Positions 59,268 to 64,000 of a DNA stretch of 64,000 nt are shown here, piece after piece. Below the pieces are notes generated by a model. That model was not told where the DNA came from, searched no databases, and was given only the letters and a program-made list of their open reading frames with translations. Position numbers and translations under genes: made by a program. This DNA is from Longimicrobiales bacterium (GTDB lineage Bacteria > Gemmatimonadota > Gemmatimonadetes > Longimicrobiales > Gaopeijiaceae). Position 1 is the first letter of the stretch, and each line of letters starts with the position of its first letter. The stretch is from positions 1,056,001 to 1,120,000 of the forward strand of contig CBDFIQ010000002.1 in the NCBI GenBank assembly GCA_965248195.1. The letters run 5' to 3'.

Positions 59268-59530
59268 GATGCTCGCTCGGCGCTGTACTCGCTCGCGGCC
59301 ACGCGCCACGCTTCGATTACGGATTGGTAAGTATCGGTCACCCGCTGCATCGTGAAGTTCGATGGGTCGATTTCCCAAGCACTCAGCGCGTCCATGAAAG
59401 CTGCCGAAGGTGCGTCCGCAATCGGGGGCCAATGGCCGAGGGGTACGGTGGCAGCAACCTCGCCAATTCTCTCCATGAGTTTCAGGCAGACCTGCGTGCC
59501 CTTTTGTTGCCGCTGGTCGAAGCTCGTCAC
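59264..59530 (-). CDS. Hypothetical protein
   Basis: 88-aa ORF coupled by 4-bp overlaps to both neighbours. Confidence 0.65.
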   Translation of the reverse strand: MTSFDQRQQKGTQVCLKLMERIGEVAATVPLGHWPPIADAPSAAFMDALSAWEIDPSNFTMQRVTDTYQSVIEAWRVAASEYSAERAS

Positions 59531-60783
59531 GGAGTCACCTCCGCAAGCAAGCCCTCAACGTCTCCGGCAGCTACCGCACCTTGCTGCGGGCCTTCTAAAG
59601 AAGGCCCCTCTTGCATGCAGTGAGTTGCGTCGCTGCGTGCAGTATCCGATGCAGTGACTTGCAGCTTTGCAGCTAGCGCCTTCTCACCTTTGCTCGTCAG
59701 CGTGTACCTGGCTCCGCGTCCCACCTTGTCGGCGGTCACAAAACCCTTGTCGTGCAAGGCTTTTCGGGCTTGCCAGAACGTCCTCTCCTTCTGTTCGGAC
59801 ACGGCCAACCACTTCGACGCAGACAGCCCACCTGGCTCCAACCCACTATGCAGTGACTCAAGTGCCTGAAGCTGTTTCGACGTGAGTTCTTCGGCACTCA
59901 CTGCATAGCCAATTCGTGCAGTGACCAGACCCGATTCGAGGTGCGGAAGGAACCGTATCGGGATGTCTGAAAAGTGAGGCGCGTCCTTCTGTTTTTCGCA
60001 TCGGAGCACCAGGTTGCCCACGTCACCGACTACCTGGAGCATGGTGTCACATGCCCCTCTTAATGCACTACTGCCCCGCTCGACTTCGCCCCCCTTGGTC
60101 GTATGGTGAATGAGCAGGACGGTCGCTCCTGTGGCGTCCCTCACCCGGTCGATATTCGCTATGACGACGCCCATGTCACGGGTGAAGTTCTCGTCACCTC
60201 CAACCATGCAGCGGGCCAGCGTGTCGAAGACGATGAGGGCGGGCTCTTCGGTGGTCCGTCGAATTTGGGCTACGAACGCCGCGGTGGCTTCGTCGTCCAT
60301 GAGCGGCATCGGCTCGATGAGATAGAGCCCCTGTGCGTCAGTTCCGTGGTAGTCGGCCCAGGCCGTCACGCGCTTCGACAGTCCACGATCTCCTTCGGCA
60401 TAGACGTAAATGGACCGCCCTCTCTGCGTCTCGAAGGAGTTGAGCCACCGGCCAGACCCAGTGTCCGTAGTCTCATGGAGGTCGAGGGCGATGAAGGTCT
60501 TGAATCGCTCCGGAGCCCCCACCAACACGACGAAGCCACCTCGTGGAATGATGCCATCTACCAACCACTCGTGTGGCGGAAGGGTGCTGAGGTCAGCCGC
60601 GCTCAGGAACCGAAAGCGCTCACGGCGAGCGTCGTCCTCTGGATGCGTGCCGTTTTCAATAGCTGCGACGAGGTCCACAGGATCGAGGCGACTGAGTTCA
60701 CGGGCAACGCTCCCAACGGTCTCCTCACTCCAGCCAGCGTTCTTCAGTAGTGCCACCAGGGCAGGGTTCACGGTGCTGCTCAT
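59527..60783 (-). CDS. RepA/AAA_25-type (RSF1010 RepA-like) helicase with C-terminal wHTH
   Basis: WLVDGIIP, GAPERFKT Walker A, IYVYAEG, IVFDTL, IHHTTK, RGSSAL. Confidence 0.88.
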   Translation of the reverse strand: MSSTVNPALVALLKNAGWSEETVGSVARELSRLDPVDLVAAIENGTHPEDDARRERFRFLSAADLSTLPPHEWLVDGIIPRGGFVVLVGAPERFKTFIALDLHETTDTGSGRWLNSFETQRGRSIYVYAEGDRGLSKRVTAWADYHGTDAQGLYLIEPMPLMDDEATAAFVAQIRRTTEEPALIVFDTLARCMVGGDENFTRDMGVVIANIDRVRDATGATVLLIHHTTKGGEVERGSSALRGACDTMLQVVGDVGNLVLRCEKQKDAPHFSDIPIRFLPHLESGLVTARIGYAVSAEELTSKQLQALESLHSGLEPGGLSASKWLAVSEQKERTFWQARKALHDKGFVTADKVGRGARYTLTSKGEKALAAKLQVTASDTARSDATHCMQEGPSLEGPQQGAVAAGDVEGLLAEVTP

Positions 60784-60871
60784 AGAGATGCCTGGATAGC
60801 TTCGAGCCTCGGATCATCCCTCAGGTTCAGAATCCCCGACTCCTTCAGCTTGTTGGTTAGCGTTCCGTCGC

Positions 60872-61081
60872 TCATGCTTTCCTTCTCTGCCTTTCTCCCC
60901 TAGTCCTCGGGCCACCTTCGTTCAGCTCGCGGAGCACCCTTTCACGCGCCACAGGTAGGACAGTCCGATGCAGATACTCCGAAACTGAAATACCTGCACT
61001 CGCCGCTGCCGCTCGCACGATTGCCTGCTCCGTGTCGGTTACCCTTGCACCAATGCTGCGCAGGCGCTGTCGGTTCGGCAT
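60872..61081 (-). CDS. Ribbon-helix-helix protein (DUF1778/MobC-like)
   Basis: IGARVTDTEQAIVRAAAASAGISVSEYL. Confidence 0.7.
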   Translation of the reverse strand: MPNRQRLRSIGARVTDTEQAIVRAAAASAGISVSEYLHRTVLPVARERVLRELNEGGPRTRGERQRRKA

Positions 61082-61216
61082 CGTCTCTCTAACCGCCTTC
61101 CTCAAGACTTCTTTTCACCCCAGGGAGGGGCTCTCGGTTAACAATAGGTATGGACATATAAACGAGCAAAGTACATATTCACTGCACATCATCATCGAGA
61201 ACCCTGGAGGCCAACT

Positions 61217-61960
61217 ATGCCGAAACGGTCCCCCCCCTACGCGGGCAGACTAAAGAAGGCGATGGATCGACTGGATGTGAGCACGCACGGGCTTCACCAG
61301 CGCGTGGCGGGCCTTACAGATGGAGCCCGTGGAAGCTCGTATTCCGCTTTCCGGCAGTACGTGTCGGGACAAATCCGGCGGCCCCGAGACGAGATCCTCA
61401 AGGTGGCCGCCGGATGTCTTCGGGTTAGGGCAGATTGGTTGATCCACGGGAATGAGCCGATGACGCTTGCTGAGGAGGCGCTCAAGGAAGAACAGCTCCG
61501 AGCACGGATCGCGGCGGAGGCTGCGAAGGGGCCAACGAGGGCGGCCTTAGCCCGAGCCCGGACAATCGAAAAGGTCGACGAGGTGATGGCACACAACCGG
61601 GAGCACGGAGGAACTTTCGCAAATGTTGCCAAGCTCGAAACCTGGGCGCGGCAGGGGATTCGACAGAACGTGGCGAACCTCCCGCTCCTGATCGAGATGG
61701 CGATCACAGAGTTCGTTTCCACCGTCTACACCACTGTTGGCCCCGTTGCGTTCAATGGGTCAGCGGAGGATCATTGGAGCGCGGAGGATGCACGAAGTGA
61801 TCTGAGGGTCTCGGAGAGTGACGTAACAGCTTACGCTTCTACCCTCACTCAGCCTCTCGCTAAGCTTGCGGAGACGGCACCGGCATGGGAGAAGGCAGCA
61901 GCCGTCCACTCCCTCTTAGCTTCCCTCTACATCTGTGAGGTTGGGGGTGCTCGCACATGA
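61217..61960 (+). CDS. Putative HTH repressor, divergent from the replication operon
   Basis: RLKKAM..SYSAFRQYVSG..PRDEILK.AA.CLRVRADWLIHG XRE-like N-terminus; GGAGG RBS. Confidence 0.7.
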   Translation: MPKRSPPYAGRLKKAMDRLDVSTHGLHQRVAGLTDGARGSSYSAFRQYVSGQIRRPRDEILKVAAGCLRVRADWLIHGNEPMTLAEEALKEEQLRARIAAEAAKGPTRAALARARTIEKVDEVMAHNREHGGTFANVAKLETWARQGIRQNVANLPLLIEMAITEFVSTVYTTVGPVAFNGSAEDHWSAEDARSDLRVSESDVTAYASTLTQPLAKLAETAPAWEKAAAVHSLLASLYICEVGGART

Positions 61961-62021
61961 GCGAGCCCGCCGTTGTCCATGCGATACGTTCCATTATTGT
62001 ATGATGAAGGCTCGCTGACGA

Positions 62022-62666
62022 ATGACTGAAAGAGTGATGACCGACGTTGCGATCCAGCCGAGGGCAAAGCCGCTCGACAACAAGAGACACGAGAGATTTG
62101 CGTGTGAATACGTCGTTGACTTCAATGCCGCCCAGGCATACATCCGCGCCGGCTACTCTCCAAAGGGCGCTCGAACTTCGGCCTCTCACCTACTTGCAGA
62201 TCCCAACATTATCGCCAGGGTTCAGTACCTCGTAGACACGAGGGCAGAGAAGCTCAACTTCGAGGGCGAGCGGGTGATGATGGAAACCGCCCGGCTCGCG
62301 ATGTCCGACATCACCGATGTGCTGGAGGTCACCGACACCGATGGGGTGATCATCTTCCCCTCGGAGACATGGAGTGACCACGCGAAGAGAGCGGTGGAGT
62401 CGGTGAAGCAGACGGAGACGTTCAACAAGGACGGCGACCTCACCTCACGCCGCGTCGAGCTGAAGATGCACCCGAAGCAGGCGGCGCTCTCGCTGCTCAG
62501 TCACCAGATCGGCATCATCGGGAAGGGCGCAAAGAACAAGCCACTGCGCCCCGAGGAGTTGGGCGTGGTCATCCTACCAAGGCTCGACGATGAACCGGAC
62601 TGGGATGCCATCGAGGATGGCGACCCGCGCTACTCGCTGGCGCAGCCGCCGCAGGAAAGGGGCTAG
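62022..62666 (+). CDS. Phage terminase small subunit
   Basis: RHERFACEYVVDFNAAQAYIRAGYS..ASHLL..LKMHPKQAAL, the Terminase_2 pattern. Confidence 0.9.
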   Translation: MTERVMTDVAIQPRAKPLDNKRHERFACEYVVDFNAAQAYIRAGYSPKGARTSASHLLADPNIIARVQYLVDTRAEKLNFEGERVMMETARLAMSDITDVLEVTDTDGVIIFPSETWSDHAKRAVESVKQTETFNKDGDLTSRRVELKMHPKQAALSLLSHQIGIIGKGAKNKPLRPEELGVVILPRLDDEPDWDAIEDGDPRYSLAQPPQERG

Positions 62667-62703
62667 AGACGGTTAGTACGGTGAGGTGCTGAGCAACCCG
62701 TCT

Positions 62704-63081
62704 CTAGCCGTGCCCTTCGAGTTGCGACCGAAGCTGCTTGATCCAACCCGGCGACTTCCCGGTTCTGCTCTCTTCCACGCCGTCCATGATTCGCTGCATG
62801 GCCCGGATCCTCTCAGCAGGAGGTAGATCCTGCACGAGGACTTCTAGGGCGGCAAGCGCGGAGTGAACATCAGGCGTAGATCCGCGTCGAACGTACCAAC
62901 GCTCGAGCTTCCTACGGGTCGCTGAGTAGGGACTCGCACCTGACAAGAACTTCCGAAGCCCGGTTGGGCTCATTCCCACCTCACGGGCTACCCCGCGAAG
63001 CGATGTCGCTGAGACGCCGCCAGCCACCGCCCGTTTCAGAGTGCCAACTGACACCCTCCCCTCACCGGCAGGCAATGGCAC
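62704..63081 (-). CDS. HTH-containing hypothetical protein
   Basis: SLRGVAREVGMSPTGLRKFL; start uncertain. Confidence 0.65.
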   Translation of the reverse strand: MPLPAGEGRVSVGTLKRAVAGGVSATSLRGVAREVGMSPTGLRKFLSGASPYSATRRKLERWYVRRGSTPDVHSALAALEVLVQDLPPAERIRAMQRIMDGVEESRTGKSPGWIKQLRSQLEGHG

Positions 63082-63099
63082 ACCTGCGGAAGTCCTTGT

Positions 63100-63393
63100 T
63101 CACTGCATTGTAATAGCCAACCCATACATCACCGCTCTTTCCATAACCTCGATCAGTGAGGACAGAAACTGTATTCTCTTCTCCTCGTTGCCCTTCCAAT
63201 CAGAAAACTCTCCCCTGGAATGCGCGAACTTCTTCATATGTAAGTGAGACACGCCAAATGTACCCAAGACCCTGTTCCATCCCCGCTCGAACTCGTACCA
63301 GCCCTCTTGGGTTGAAACGATCGCGGCAACAACAAGCGGATCTGGCTCGACCGTCTCTTGGGAAGAAGCGTCATAAAACAAATTGAAGACCAT
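63100..63393 (-). pseudogene. Truncated DUF3800-like protein
   Basis: FYDASS..LVVAAIV..W..FERGW..VL..HLHMK.F; early stop, with YNAVNKDFR following in another frame. Confidence 0.55.
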
Positions 63394-63426
63394 GAAGTAC
63401 CTGTCCTCTATAGGAATGCCGGCGCA

Positions 63427-63584
63427 CACTCCGTGCAGTTGGAAGTACCTCTTCGAGATATCGATGCCGATGATGCTGACCACCTTGCCCATGGATCCCC
63501 CCCTCTCGTGTCCCGAACGCACCCCGTGTGCGTTCTCCTCACCCAGCGCACGTTGGTGCCCGGTGTAGGGGGCGTCCACTCCAT
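63427..63584 (-). mobile_element. IS110/IS1111-family left end and first 22 codons of the transposase
   Basis: ATGGAGTGGACGCCCC end motif, then MGKVVSIIGIDISKRYFQLHGV (DEDD transposase N-terminus). Confidence 0.75.
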
Positions 63585-64000
63585 CGTGGAATCAGCAACC
63601 ATTTGCTAGAATGCCCTTTAGTTGGGCGTGGTCATCCTACCAAGGCTCGACGATGAACCGGACTGGGATGCCATCGAGGATGGCGACCCGCGCTACTCGC
63701 TGGCGCAGCCGCCGCAGGAAAGGGGCTAGAGACGGTTAGTACGGTGAGGTGCTGAGCACAAGCGGATCTGGCTCGACCGTCTCTTGGGAAGAAGCGTCAT
63801 AAAACAAATTGAAGACCATGAAGTACCTGTCCTCTATAGGAATGCCGGCGCACACTCCGTGCAGTTGGAAGTACCTCTTCGAGATATCGATGCCGATGAT
63901 GCTGACCACCTTGCCCATGGATCCCCCCCTCTCGTGTCCCGAACGCACCCCGTGTGCGTTCTCCTCACCCAGCGCACGTTGGTGCCCGGTGTAGGGGGCG

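Larger units (their letters stand above)
57302..64000. mobile_element. tRNA-Val-associated phage-satellite (PICI)-like integrative element; right end not seen
   Basis: Integrase, HTH genes, helicase, divergent regulators and small terminase, with no structural phage genes in the window. Confidence 0.7.
62557..64000 (+). repeat. Tandem duplication with internal deletion
   Basis: 63620-63758 is identical to 62557-62695 (139 bp); 63758-64000 is identical to 63332-63574. Confidence 0.93.

Noticed and set aside
57302..64000. attR (duplicated tRNA-Val 3' fragment)
   Set aside because: No second copy of the T-arm/acceptor sequence was seen; the boundary is outside the window or lost.

Overview
GC-rich bacterial chromosome segment; gene order and several lineage-typical hypothetical proteins suggest Gemmatimonadota (inference, not verified). 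About 1-53.7 kb is a dense housekeeping backbone, mostly on the + strand: obgE, dprA, hemW, hrcA, dnaJ, yqeY, mutS2, dnaG, recJ, rsmD, coaD, an RsbV/RsbW/RsbU-type module, rsmA, rex with a perfect Rex operator, a dnaQ-like exonuclease, thiolase, hbd, Leu dehydrogenase, glyA, nnr, thiL, eno, ftsB, tRNA-Met, tilS, ftsH, cdaA, exbB/exbD/exbD/tonB, yggS, divIVA, ileS, rluD, a tandem DnaA-like AAA+ protein, DUF4388-TPR, a metallopeptidase, a sigma54 response regulator, an aldehyde dehydrogenase and an O-methyltransferase. A 321-bp MITE is inserted into what reconstructs as a former mutS2/dnaG ATGA overlap. About 53.7-64 kb is accessory DNA: an alkA remnant, an intact IS256 splitting a REC-degenerate-GGDEF gene, an IS91 remnant, and a tRNA-Val(TAC) bracketed in mirror image by two related integrase 3' ends with matching putative arm sites. 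Right of the tRNA lies a small phage-satellite (PICI)-like element (integrase, HTH/xis-like genes, RepA/AAA_25 helicase with a candidate origin, RHH, divergent repressor, small terminase), whose right end carries IS110 and DUF3800 fragments and an internally deleted tandem duplication. All calls come from motif recognition by eye; no database searches were run.
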